64,000 nt of DNA, from the NCBI GenBank assembly GCA_964455705.1, contig CAYVYM010000001.1, forward strand, positions 63,483 to 127,482, given 5' to 3'. The stretch's first letter is position 1. Every line of letters begins with the position of its first letter. Below the pieces are notes generated by a model. The model made no database searches, had not been told where the DNA came from, and saw nothing but the letters and a program-made list of their open reading frames with translations. Source of the stretch: an uncultured Rikenella sp. (GTDB lineage: Bacteria > Bacteroidota > Bacteroidia > Bacteroidales > VadinHA17). A program made the position numbers and the translations under genes. This document shows positions 48,412 to 58,254 of this stretch, piece after piece.

Positions 48412-51400
48412 ATGATTAAAAATCCTCCAAACCCGGGTATTCTGTTTAAGAAATACTTCGGAAAACTACTTTTGAGTTTATTGTTCATGGCAGTGCTGAT
48501 AATCGCGCAATCAGGCATGGCATTTGCCTCAGGAACTGACTCTGAAGAACTGATCATTGCCCAACAGAGGGTAATTACGGGCCTCGTCGCTGAGACCGAT
48601 GGCAGCCCGATGCCAGGGGTAGCCGTTCAGGAGAAGGGAACCACCAACGGAACATTTACCGATGCAGGTGGTCAATACAGTATTACAATCACGACGGCTT
48701 CACCGGTACTGGTATTCTCCTTTGTAGGATTTCAAATGCAGGAGTTGCCTGTTGGAAGCAGCTCAAGCATTAATGTGACTCTGGAAGTAAGTGATGTTGG
48801 TCTTGATGAGATTGTAGTCATCGGTTACGGCACCGTGAGGAAGAGAGATCTTACCGGATCTGTTGCCTCAATAAGAGGAGAAGAGATGCGTGATATTCCC
48901 TCGGCTAATATTTCACAGGCACTGCAGGGACGCATTTCAGGAGTAGATTTGACACAAACTTCTACCAAACCTGGCGCCACAATGCAGATTCGAATACGTG
49001 GTTCACGCTCGTTAAATGCCAGTAACGACCCACTGATAGTTGTCGATGGTATCCCGTTTCCCGGATCTATCGGCGACATTAATCCCACTGACATTAAAAG
49101 TATTGACGTATTGAAAGATGCTTCGGCAACCGCCATTTACGGTTCCCGAGGTGCAAATGGCGTCATATTGATAACGACAAATACCGGTCGGGCCGGGCAG
49201 CAGGCACAGGTATCATTCAATAGTTATGTGGGCATTAAAACAGTATTTGCTCCGTATCCCATGATGGACGGTCCGGAGTTTGTTGCTCTCCGCGCAGCAC
49301 GCGGCCAGTACTCAAACGGACCGGATGAGTTCGATAACGTAAATACAGATTGGCAGGACCTCTTTTTTCAAACAGGCAAGGTGACAAGCCACGACTTAGG
49401 CGTCACGGGTGGCACGCAGAAGGGCAACTACCGCTTCGGTGTGGGTTACTACCGCGATGAAGCAGTGGTACCCGGCCAGAGCTACGACCGTTTTTCAATG
49501 CGTGGTACTCTTGACCAGGAGGTAGGCAAATTTATTCGCTTTGGCTTCATAACAAACAACAGCTATTCAGTTAATAACGGGAACAATATGGGACTCTACG
49601 GAGTCCTAAGCAGCTCGCCCATCTCCGATCCGTATAACGAAGACGGCTCCTTTAAAAGAACCATAAAGATGTCGTTAGATGAAAACTGGGTATATACAAG
49701 AGAAACAATAGAAGCCCTGGGAGATAAATGGATTGACCTGACCAAAGGGTATAACTCCTACAACACTATATATAGTGAGGTCAAGATTCCCGGCATTGAA
49801 GGATTGAGCTATCGCATCAATGTAGGTTTGAACTTCCGCATGAGTAACGGCGGAAACTACACGGGAGAGGGTGTGTTCAATTACAATCCCGAGAATCTGT
49901 CAACAGCTTCCATCAGTAATTCCCTTACTACTAACTGGGCAATTGAAAATATGCTGAATTACAACCGGACATTTGCCGGAAAACACATGGTGAATCTTGT
50001 TGCTTTGTATTCTGCCGAGAAATCTCATTATCACAGTTCACAGGTTTCGGCAAGGGATATCCCGGCTGACGCATTCCAGTTCTATAATATAGGTCGGGCC
50101 GCAGGTGAAATTACGGTTAACCCTAATAACCAGAACTACAATGAGAGTGGGCTGATATCGTATATGGGACGCGCAATATACTCATATGACAACCGCTATA
50201 TGCTGACAGCCAGCATCCGCTCAGATGCCTCATCAAGGCTGGCACCTGGTCAGAAGTGGCATACTTATCCTGCCCTGTCGGTCGGATGGAATATCTCCAG
50301 CGAATCGTTTATGAGTAATGTAGAGCTGATAGATATGTTGAAACTGCGCGTTGGCTATGGTCAAACCTCCAACCAGTCGATAAACCCATATGCGACACTT
50401 GGACTTCTGAACACCAGGCCTTACAACTTTGGAAGTACCTATTCCATTGGATATTATGTATCACAGTTGCCTAACCAGAATTTGGGATGGGAGTACTCTG
50501 ACACATGGAACGTTGGCCTCGACTTCTCACTCCTGAAAAACAGGTTGTCCGGTACCATAGAATATTACATCCTGAATACAAAAGATATTCTGCTGAGTGT
50601 TAATCTGCCCCCCACATCAGGCGTGAGCAGCTATATGGCAAATATCGGGCAAACTCAGAACAAAGGGGTGGAGTTTTCCCTCAACGGGGTGATTTTGGAA
50701 AATCCCAATGGCTGGTCATGGGAAGCCGGCATCAACCTGTATGCAAACCGCAATAAGCTGGTCGCACTTGCTTCCGGGCAAGAGAGAGATGAAGGCAACT
50801 CGTGGTTTGTAGGCTATCCTATTGATTGTATCTACGACTACGAGAAAATAGGCCTCTGGCAGGAGGGAGAGGAGTATCTGACTGCCTATGAACCGGGTGG
50901 AAATGCGGGCATGATCAAGGTTAAATATACCGGCGACTTCAATGAAGATGGGTCACCGGTAAGACAGATCGGACCTGCCGATCGCCAGATCATGAGTGTT
51001 GAGCCCGATTTTATGGGGGGCTTCAACACCCGCCTGTCTTACAAAGGACTGGACCTGAGTGCTGTCGGCGTCTTCAGGAGCGGCGGCATACTAATCAGTA
51101 CTCTCTACTCCGGGGGAGGATATCTTAACCTGATGACCGGACGCAGAGGGAACGTGAAGGTAGATTACTGGACTCCGGATAACACTGACGCCAAGTATCC
51201 AAATCCTGCCGGCGTGCTAAGCGGTGACAATCCAAAGTATGCCAGCACACTGGGCTATTTCGACGGCTCGTACCTGAAGCTACGCCAACTTTCGCTGGGT
51301 TATAACCTGAGTCGCAATACCTGGGTTCAGAACGCAGGCATCGAGAGACTGCGCCTTTACCTCACTGTTCAGAATCCATTTGTGATGTTCTCGCCCTACC

Positions 51401-51546
51401 ATAAAGAATCTGGTATGGATCCCGAAACTAACTCATATGGCAACGAAAATCAGGCAGTAGCAGGTTACCCGAGACGTCTGCTTGTTATCGGGACTAACAC
51501 GCCTTCAACACGCAACTACTTGATTGGCATAGATTTGACATTCTAA
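48412..51546 (+). CDS. susC: SusC/RagA family TonB-dependent transporter
   Basis: Plug motif INPTDIKSIDVLKDASATAIYGSRGANGVILITT; RSDASSRLAPG motif; C-terminal Phe. Confidence 0.96.
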   Translation: MIKNPPNPGILFKKYFGKLLLSLLFMAVLIIAQSGMAFASGTDSEELIIAQQRVITGLVAETDGSPMPGVAVQEKGTTNGTFTDAGGQYSITITTASPVLVFSFVGFQMQELPVGSSSSINVTLEVSDVGLDEIVVIGYGTVRKRDLTGSVASIRGEEMRDIPSANISQALQGRISGVDLTQTSTKPGATMQIRIRGSRSLNASNDPLIVVDGIPFPGSIGDINPTDIKSIDVLKDASATAIYGSRGANGVILITTNTGRAGQQAQVSFNSYVGIKTVFAPYPMMDGPEFVALRAARGQYSNGPDEFDNVNTDWQDLFFQTGKVTSHDLGVTGGTQKGNYRFGVGYYRDEAVVPGQSYDRFSMRGTLDQEVGKFIRFGFITNNSYSVNNGNNMGLYGVLSSSPISDPYNEDGSFKRTIKMSLDENWVYTRETIEALGDKWIDLTKGYNSYNTIYSEVKIPGIEGLSYRINVGLNFRMSNGGNYTGEGVFNYNPENLSTASISNSLTTNWAIENMLNYNRTFAGKHMVNLVALYSAEKSHYHSSQVSARDIPADAFQFYNIGRAAGEITVNPNNQNYNESGLISYMGRAIYSYDNRYMLTASIRSDASSRLAPGQKWHTYPALSVGWNISSESFMSNVELIDMLKLRVGYGQTSNQSINPYATLGLLNTRPYNFGSTYSIGYYVSQLPNQNLGWEYSDTWNVGLDFSLLKNRLSGTIEYYILNTKDILLSVNLPPTSGVSSYMANIGQTQNKGVEFSLNGVILENPNGWSWEAGINLYANRNKLVALASGQERDEGNSWFVGYPIDCIYDYEKIGLWQEGEEYLTAYEPGGNAGMIKVKYTGDFNEDGSPVRQIGPADRQIMSVEPDFMGGFNTRLSYKGLDLSAVGVFRSGGILISTLYSGGGYLNLMTGRRGNVKVDYWTPDNTDAKYPNPAGVLSGDNPKYASTLGYFDGSYLKLRQLSLGYNLSRNTWVQNAGIERLRLYLTVQNPFVMFSPYHKESGMDPETNSYGNENQAVAGYPRRLLVIGTNTPSTRNYLIGIDLTF

Positions 51547-51558
51547 AAAAAGACGAAA

Positions 51559-53508
51559 ATGAAAAGTGTATATATAAAAAGAGTTTTCGGAACAGTCTTG
51601 TTAGCGTTGTTCCTTGGAGCGTGCTCTGATATCCTGGAAGAACAGCCGCGCAGTATTTATGAACCTGGTTATTTCAAGACCGAGAAGGGCGTAATGGGAG
51701 GATTAACAGCCATGTACGCACACCTGCGCTGGATATACGGACAAGCCTACTACTATAATGCTACCCAGACCGGTACCGATGAAGCAACATATGCTCAAAG
51801 CGCCGATGGAAACTTCAAAGACCATGATCTTTCAGGCGTAGGATCGCTTACTTCCACAAGCAGCCGTTCTGATGTATTGTGGGGAACTGCATTCTCAAAT
51901 ATCAACACTGCCAGTGGAGTTATTGAAAATGCTGCTGCAGTTGGAACCATTTCGAATGCGTTGATTGCTGAAGCCAGATTTTTCAGAGCCTTCGACTACT
52001 TTCTGCTGGTACAGACATTCGGAGGGGTGCCGCTGGATCTTGGGTCGGGTGAACTGATGTTCAACACTACCCCTGTGAGAACCTCGGTGCGTAATACTGT
52101 GCCCGAAGTCTATACCAAGGCTGTTTTCCCTGATCTGCTGACAGCAATGAATGATCTGCCTGAAAACCCGCGTGTGACTGGCGCTGTAACCAAAACTGTC
52201 GCGCGGCTGTTCCTTGCCAAGGCTTACCTGACATACGGATGGTGGCTCGAAAACCCCAATAGTATCCCTACTTATCCTGAGGCAGCACGGAACGATCCTG
52301 ACGGACATGACGCCCAGTGGTACTTCCAACAGGCATATGATATAGCTGTTACTGCAATTGACAATCCCGGACCCTATGGACTGATGGATACTTACTATGA
52401 TGTGAACCTGGCACAGAACGACAGGAATAAGGAACAGCTGTTGTGGGCTGACCATACTGAGGAAAGTGAATATTATAACGGAGGCAGCCTTAGTTATGGT
52501 GGTGGCGGAGCTCCGGATAACTTTGCCGTATGGATGGTTACATGGAACTATACTGAAATCAGAAGCGCTGCCGCTCCGGACTGGGTTACGAAGATAAGCT
52601 CTGTTCAGCGTGAAGCAGAACAGCATCTTGGACGTCCGTGGACACGCATGGCTCCGCCTATTGGCGTATTTACAAATACCTTCGCCGACAAGACCAATGA
52701 TTCCCGCTACGACGGCACCTTTACAACCGTTTACCGTGCCAACTGGCCTAAGGGAGGCACTGCCAACACGGTAGCCTATAATGCCAACAATCTGGAAGTT
52801 TATCCGGGTGATGCAATCCTTACTTTCCTGGACGAGGAACCGGCTACACCTATTACTTATCCCACCGGAGCAGGTAATAGTAACATTGGTGCGGGGGAAT
52901 TACCAGGAAGGGCCGATTTCGTTATTTCTCCGAGCGGCATAAGCAGAATAGTCTATCCGGGGTTCTGGAAGATGGGTACCTACCGGACTGATAATGGAAC
53001 CGGTCTGGGCCAGCCCAATGCCGGCATAACACGTCCTTACTACGCTGCCAAATTCTCGGAGCTCTATCTCGTAGCAGCTGAAGCAGCAGTTAAAGGCGCT
53101 TCCACCCAGGCTGGCAAGAGTGCAAGGGATTTGATAAATGTCCTTCGTGCAAGGGCAGGGAAATGGCGTTGGGACAACAATGGTAATGTTGCAAAAGTTG
53201 CAGACTACAGTGATGAAATGATGACTGCCACACCTGCTACCATTACAATTGATTATGTTCTTGAAGAGCGTTCCCGCGAACTGTTCGGAGAAGGATACCG
53301 CTGGTTCGACCTTGTCCGTACCCAGAAATGGGGAGCCCTGGCTGGTACTTACGAGATATGCGGGCCCACTAAAGGGGACCATACCCCGGTAGTGTATAAC
53401 CGTACAATTGAGGCTAAACACTATCTGCGACCCATTCCGCAGGGACAGCTCGATGGTATGGAGTTGACCGATGCCGAAAAAGCAGCATATCAGAACCCCG
53501 GGTATTAG
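51559..53508 (+). CDS. susD: SusD/RagB family lipoprotein
   Basis: Lipobox LGAC; AEARFFRAFDY and EERSRELFGEGYRWFDLVRT motifs, ends QNPGY. Confidence 0.94.
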   Translation: MKSVYIKRVFGTVLLALFLGACSDILEEQPRSIYEPGYFKTEKGVMGGLTAMYAHLRWIYGQAYYYNATQTGTDEATYAQSADGNFKDHDLSGVGSLTSTSSRSDVLWGTAFSNINTASGVIENAAAVGTISNALIAEARFFRAFDYFLLVQTFGGVPLDLGSGELMFNTTPVRTSVRNTVPEVYTKAVFPDLLTAMNDLPENPRVTGAVTKTVARLFLAKAYLTYGWWLENPNSIPTYPEAARNDPDGHDAQWYFQQAYDIAVTAIDNPGPYGLMDTYYDVNLAQNDRNKEQLLWADHTEESEYYNGGSLSYGGGGAPDNFAVWMVTWNYTEIRSAAAPDWVTKISSVQREAEQHLGRPWTRMAPPIGVFTNTFADKTNDSRYDGTFTTVYRANWPKGGTANTVAYNANNLEVYPGDAILTFLDEEPATPITYPTGAGNSNIGAGELPGRADFVISPSGISRIVYPGFWKMGTYRTDNGTGLGQPNAGITRPYYAAKFSELYLVAAEAAVKGASTQAGKSARDLINVLRARAGKWRWDNNGNVAKVADYSDEMMTATPATITIDYVLEERSRELFGEGYRWFDLVRTQKWGALAGTYEICGPTKGDHTPVVYNRTIEAKHYLRPIPQGQLDGMELTDAEKAAYQNPGY

Positions 53509-53618
53509 TCTTCCTGATAAGGAAAGCAATTATTCCCGGGTGAAAAACCAACATCAACGAATGATCTGATTTGAATAGATAATATGGAGTCTGGGATTAG
53601 TTAAGGTTGGTTCAGGTT

Positions 53619-53652
53619 AAAGTGTCCGTGGATTTGTCCACGGACACTTTTT
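53619..53652 (+). terminator. Rho-independent terminator after susD
   Basis: Perfect 14-bp stem AAAGTGTCCGTGGA-TTTG-TCCACGGACACTTT followed by T-runs. Confidence 0.88.
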
Positions 53653-53802
53653 ACCTTTTTTTTCCAATACTTTTGCCGGATGCAAAGCTGTTTATGTGAA
53701 GATATTATTGGTACCTTGTTCCGGACAGGAAAAAACACCCGTCAATCTTCGTTGTCCACCTGGCGCCAAGTCAGGCATATTTTACTGTAATAATAATCTG
53801 GC

Positions 53803-54471
53803 ATGACTGAAATTCTTGAAAAACTGTCTACCTGTGTTGAGTTTGGCAAGATTGATATAAATTCACCCTACCCCCCCTCCATGAAGAATCAGGATGGCGC
53901 TTTTGAGCTTACACAGAATGCCCTTCTGGCAGGTATCAGCCCGGGGGAGATACTTGAAGAGGCTCTCATACCCGCGATGTCAAGGGTGGGGCAGAAGTTC
54001 ACCAGGAATGAGATTTTTGTTCCGCAGATGCTGATGGCCGCCAAGGCCATGAGCAGCTCAATGATCCATCTCAGGCCATATTACCTGTCAGGCCATACTA
54101 AACAAAAAGGCACATTCATCATCGGTACGGTGACGGGTGATCTCCATGATATTGGAAAGAATCTGGTCGCCATGATGATAGAAGGGGCAGGATGGGAGAT
54201 AATTGACCTCGGCGTGGATGTCAGCACTGACAAATTCATCCAGGCTGCCGAAGAACACCCTGGGGCTGTGATCGGGCTTTCAGCCCTCCTTACCACGACA
54301 ATGGAAAACATGCGAAAAACAGTCACTATCCTGAGGGAGAAGCACCCGTCCATAAAGATTCTTGTCGGCGGAGCACCGGTCACTGCCGAATTCTGTGAAA
54401 AGATCGGAGCCGATTATTATTCACCTGATCCCCAGGGTGCAGTGGAGTTTCTTAAAACAATCGCTCAATAG
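53803..54471 (+). CDS. Corrinoid (cobalamin-binding) protein, cap + B12-binding domains
   Basis: EIFVPQMLMAAKAM cap, GDLHDIGKNLV (DxHxxG), DLGVDV, GLSALLTTTM and VGGAPV motifs. Confidence 0.94.
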   Translation: MTEILEKLSTCVEFGKIDINSPYPPSMKNQDGAFELTQNALLAGISPGEILEEALIPAMSRVGQKFTRNEIFVPQMLMAAKAMSSSMIHLRPYYLSGHTKQKGTFIIGTVTGDLHDIGKNLVAMMIEGAGWEIIDLGVDVSTDKFIQAAEEHPGAVIGLSALLTTTMENMRKTVTILREKHPSIKILVGGAPVTAEFCEKIGADYYSPDPQGAVEFLKTIAQ

Positions 54472-54499
54472 ACAGCGCTGGTCTTTGTCAATACCAGTA

Positions 54500-54628
54500 T
54501 TGATTTAAGAACAAGGAATGTCGATTTTTGATTTATGAAGTTTTTGATTTGATTTGTGATGCACGTTTTGTGACCGATTATCTTAACTTCTTAAATCCTA
54601 AATCATTAATCGATATTCATAAATCAAT
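54500..54628. repeat. Long imperfect inverted repeat built from GATTT/AAATC short units
   Basis: Left arm ...GAATGTCGATTTTTGATTTATGAAGTT pairs with right arm AACTTCTTAAATC...AATCGATATTC. Confidence 0.65.
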
Positions 54629-54670
54629 TCCTGCCTTATAGTTTTTGACTATCTTCATGGACCAAACCAA

Positions 54671-55522
54671 ATGCACATGAAAACGGTTTTATCCGGTAGC
54701 TCGAAAGAAGTAATAATAGATACTGAAGGACCCGTCATCATCATCGGTGAGTCAATCAACCCGACGAGGCGAAAACGGCTCGTGTCAACTCTTCAGGAGA
54801 AGAACTTTAAGTACATGGTCTCTATTGCCAGAGCGCAGATTAACGCCATGGCGGATGTGCTGGATGTAAACGTTGGTTTTCCCGGAGTTGTGGATGAGGA
54901 ACTGTTACCTGCAGCAGTCATTGCGTTGCAGGAACATTTTGACATACCGCTCTGCCTCGATTCTCCTAATCCGGCCGCGATTGAGGCAGCACTTAAGGTG
55001 GCAAAAGGCAAGTGCCTCATCAATTCCGTAAACGGGGAAGAAAAATCGATGCAGAGGCTGCTGCCCATTGCTCAGGAATACGGCGCCGCAATAATCGGAC
55101 TGGTCCTTGATGACAACGGCATTACCCACGATCCTGAGAAGCGGCTCAGAATAGCCGAAAAGATAATTGAACGAGCGGTGCGAGCCGGTATAAAGGAGGA
55201 GGATGTGATAATCGATCCCCTGGCCATGGCTGTCAGTGCAGATCCCAGCGCATGCAAGGTAACGCTTGAAACCATACGACTGGTGCATGACAGGCTGGGC
55301 CATAACATTACGCAGGGGGCCAGCAATATTTCTTTCGGCCTGCCAAACCGCGAGAACATCAACGGTGCATATATGGTCATGTCAATCATGCTGGGCCTCT
55401 CATGCCCCATTGCCAATCCCGAGAAGATATCAGGACTGGTTCGTGCGGCAGACCTTGTCCTCGGAAGAGATGATTATGCAATCCGCTTCATTGAACATTA
55501 CCAAACCACCCTGCCGTCCTGA
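54671..55522 (+). CDS. Pterin-binding (DHPS-fold) methyltetrahydrofolate:corrinoid methyltransferase-like protein
   Basis: IIGESINPT, LDVN, LCLDS, INSVNGE, IIDPL and GASNISFGLP.R motifs, as in the MetH folate domain/AcsE. Confidence 0.88.
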   Translation: MHMKTVLSGSSKEVIIDTEGPVIIIGESINPTRRKRLVSTLQEKNFKYMVSIARAQINAMADVLDVNVGFPGVVDEELLPAAVIALQEHFDIPLCLDSPNPAAIEAALKVAKGKCLINSVNGEEKSMQRLLPIAQEYGAAIIGLVLDDNGITHDPEKRLRIAEKIIERAVRAGIKEEDVIIDPLAMAVSADPSACKVTLETIRLVHDRLGHNITQGASNISFGLPNRENINGAYMVMSIMLGLSCPIANPEKISGLVRAADLVLGRDDYAIRFIEHYQTTLPS

Positions 55523-56211
55523 ACAGGTTCACCTATACATTCAGCGAGCTGCTTCCGGACGTTGAGTCACTGGAACGTACAATGGGCTACGAGCCCGGTA
55601 TTGCGCCGGAACCCGTAACCATACTCACCAGAGAGGTGTCGGAAGAGCTCAGGCTCATGGGTGACATCAGGGCCGAATACAGGACTTTCAATAACATCAC
55701 ATTTTACCAAGAAGAGAAAAGCATCGGAGTCGATGGAGTTATTTTTGCTGTCAGGCCCATAGTTTACAGGCAGATAAAGGATGCTGACGAGATGGCTCTT
55801 TTCATTTGCACGGCCGGACCGGCAATAGGGGAGATGAGCCATAGAAGCATGAAGGAGGGAGACCTTCTGAAGGGGTACATCTATGATGTCATCGGTTCCG
55901 AGGTGGTTGAGAATGCTGCTGACAGGATGCAGGAAGAACTGAAAGATGAAGCTGCAGCACGCGGAAAAAAGATCACAAACCGCTACAGCCCGGGTTACTG
56001 CGGCTGGGACGTGGCTGAACAGCACAAGCTGTTCACCTTCTTCAGTAATAACTTCTGCGGCATCACGCTGACGGAATCAGCACTGATGAATCCGGTGAAA
56101 TCTGTAAGCGGAATCATCGGACTGGGCAGGGATGTGAAATACGCTCCATACCAGTGTCACATTTGTGGTGACAGGACCTGCATATACCGGAACAGGAAGT
56201 CGAAAGTCTGA
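55519..56211 (+). CDS. Stand-alone B12-dependent methionine synthase activation (AdoMet-binding)-like domain protein; start CTG 55519 or ATG 55582
   Basis: FICTAG, DVIGSEVVE, RYSPGYCGW and M.PVKSVSGIIG motifs; C-terminal CHICGDRTC. Confidence 0.86.
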   Translation: MNRFTYTFSELLPDVESLERTMGYEPGIAPEPVTILTREVSEELRLMGDIRAEYRTFNNITFYQEEKSIGVDGVIFAVRPIVYRQIKDADEMALFICTAGPAIGEMSHRSMKEGDLLKGYIYDVIGSEVVENAADRMQEELKDEAAARGKKITNRYSPGYCGWDVAEQHKLFTFFSNNFCGITLTESALMNPVKSVSGIIGLGRDVKYAPYQCHICGDRTCIYRNRKSKV

Positions 56212-56280
56212 GAAAGTTGCGATTTGCGATTTGCGAATTTTGACTAATCGAAAATCGAAAATCTGAAATCGAAAATTCCT
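56203..56280. repeat. Heptamer-repeat hairpin (GATTTGC)n/(AATCGAA)n between convergent genes
   Basis: TTGCGATTTGCGATTTGCGAATTT...AATCGAAAATCGAAAATCTGAAATCGAAAAT; a near-copy lies at about 58328-58396. Confidence 0.75.
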
Positions 56281-56287
56281 CTATTGC

Positions 56288-58234
56288 CTATTGCCTGTTG
56301 TCTGTCCTGAATGGTGCGGCAGGCAGGCCTTCGCGGTTAAAGAGATTGGCACCTTCCGGGTTATCAGCCCATGCGTATCTTACGGCAACAGGTTGCCTGA
56401 TCTTCCTGCCTTTAACAATCACCCTGTCACCCCTGATCCTCGCCTTCGCCCATACGAACTTCATATCCTCACCGGCAATAGCGAACTGCTGAAGCTTCCC
56501 GCCTCCCTTCACTACCAACCCGGAACCGGTATTATCAAAGCTGAGGATTATTTTCCGGCCTTTTGCTGTCATTGATTTGTATGTAGGACCGGAAAAGATC
56601 ACTTCATTATCACCGTAAGCCACCTTCCTGGCCACCTTGGCCAGTCTTATTCCGACATCCTTTTTATTCAGCGGGTGGATGTCATTCCATTCACCTATAT
56701 CAATCGCGACGGCCATTCCCGTCGCCGGTAACTTCAACGCCTCTGTCTGGGCTTCCCTGAACATTGCCCAGCCGCTTTCCGATGGTTCGTCCTTTGCTTC
56801 CATGAAGTTCGGCAGCTGCACCAGTATAAAGGGGAGGTCACCCTGGCCGAGGTTTTTCCGCCAGTCCTTAATCATTGCAGGGAGCAGGCTTCTGTATTCA
56901 TCCGGCCTTCCGGCGTTAGACTCTCCCTGGTACCAGAGTATGCCCCTGATGTGGTAATTAAGAAGCGGCGCCAGCATAGCATTATAAAGTCCGGCGGGCT
57001 TATAACCGAAGAACGTCTGTCCCCTCAGTGGCGGCATGACAGCACCTACTTTGTATTTCCATTCACCCTCAAGACTGGTTGTAAAGTCGCCTGCAGACAG
57101 ATTATAGGGTTTGTCAGTGACAAACCCACCGTCGCCGATGTTGCTTATCACCCTTACTGTAAGGATATTGCTACGCTCCTTCAGTATACCGGCCGGAATG
57201 GTGTACCTCCGCGGAGGGTACTGGTAAGACACGGTGCCTATGAAAATGCCGTTCAGAAAGGCCGAATCGGCATCAACGATCCTCCCCAGGTTGATGCTGC
57301 CGGGCTGTCCGGTAACCGAGGCAGGAACGATGATCTCCTTCCTGAACCATACTGTGCCGTTGATTCTCTTCAGCTCAGTTCCGGACCACAGGCCGGGGAT
57401 TGTAATTGTTTTCCAGTCATCGGTTGGCATTTCCGGATCGTGCCATTTCACCCCTGGTGTTTTATAGGCTTCGTCAGCCTTCATAAGCTGTCCGTACCAA
57501 TCGTGTATGCGCTTCTGGTCAGCGGCAGCTATGGCCGACATGAGCGAGTCCGACTTGCATTTCTGAAGCTCATCATAGTGGACCGGAAACTCCTTCAGAC
57601 TCTCCTCGCTTATCCATGCCTCGGCCGGTGATCCTCCGAAGGCCGAAGTCAGCAACCCGACAGGCACTCCATAAGTCTCATAAAGATGCACTGCAAAGAA
57701 CCATGCTGCAGCGGAGAAGTCGAGCACGGTTTCAGGATTTGCCGCGATCCAACTACCAGCCGAAAGATCATCAATGGGCTTTTTGAAGGAATAGACCTTG
57801 GGTACTATGAATGACCTGATGAATTTATTCTCCGCGGCTGCAATCTCCGCTTCGTAGAGTGGTCGCACCCTCCTTACAGGCAGCTCCATGTTCGACTGAC
57901 CCGAACATAACCATACATCACCGATCAGAATGTCAGAGAGGGTGATTGTATTGCCGGCCCTGATCTCCATGGTGTAGGGACCGCCGGCCTGCATGGGCGG
58001 AAGAGTGATCAACCATTCCCCTGATCCACCCGCCCGGGTCTCATAAATGCTTCCGGCAAACTCTGCGGTGACAGGCTCGCCCGGCGCGGCCCAGCCCCAA
58101 ATCTTCAGGTCCGTGTCACGTTGCAGCACCATGCCGTTACTGATCAGTCGTGGCAGCCTTACCTGGCCGTGCAGCGGATTCGTGATGAGCAGTGCAAGAA
58201 TAAGCGTGGGAAGGAGTAGGATTTTTGGTTTCAT
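56288..58234 (-). CDS. Sialate O-acetylesterase (SASA/SGNH) family carbohydrate acetylesterase with inserted beta-sandwich
   Basis: GDVWLCSGQSNM, GGSPAEAW, WYQGESN, DIHP, VRYAW and PFRTD motifs; signal peptide. Confidence 0.92.
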   Translation of the reverse strand: MKPKILLLPTLILALLITNPLHGQVRLPRLISNGMVLQRDTDLKIWGWAAPGEPVTAEFAGSIYETRAGGSGEWLITLPPMQAGGPYTMEIRAGNTITLSDILIGDVWLCSGQSNMELPVRRVRPLYEAEIAAAENKFIRSFIVPKVYSFKKPIDDLSAGSWIAANPETVLDFSAAAWFFAVHLYETYGVPVGLLTSAFGGSPAEAWISEESLKEFPVHYDELQKCKSDSLMSAIAAADQKRIHDWYGQLMKADEAYKTPGVKWHDPEMPTDDWKTITIPGLWSGTELKRINGTVWFRKEIIVPASVTGQPGSINLGRIVDADSAFLNGIFIGTVSYQYPPRRYTIPAGILKERSNILTVRVISNIGDGGFVTDKPYNLSAGDFTTSLEGEWKYKVGAVMPPLRGQTFFGYKPAGLYNAMLAPLLNYHIRGILWYQGESNAGRPDEYRSLLPAMIKDWRKNLGQGDLPFILVQLPNFMEAKDEPSESGWAMFREAQTEALKLPATGMAVAIDIGEWNDIHPLNKKDVGIRLAKVARKVAYGDNEVIFSGPTYKSMTAKGRKIILSFDNTGSGLVVKGGGKLQQFAIAGEDMKFVWAKARIRGDRVIVKGRKIRQPVAVRYAWADNPEGANLFNREGLPAAPFRTDNRQ

Positions 58235-58254
58235 CGGTGTCGTGTTTTTTGTCT

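Noticed and set aside
53700-53800. Possible cobalamin riboswitch upstream of the corrinoid gene (TCCGGACAG, GTCCAC, AAGTCAGG fragments)
   Set aside because: The core AGGGAA and GGGAAG elements are absent and the spacing is too short; an Infernal search with the Rfam cobalamin models would be needed to revive it.
54671-55522. Dihydropteroate synthase folP
   Set aside because: It has the DHPS fold, but the motifs (IIGE.IN, GASNISFGLP) and neighbours indicate a methyl-THF:corrinoid methyltransferase.
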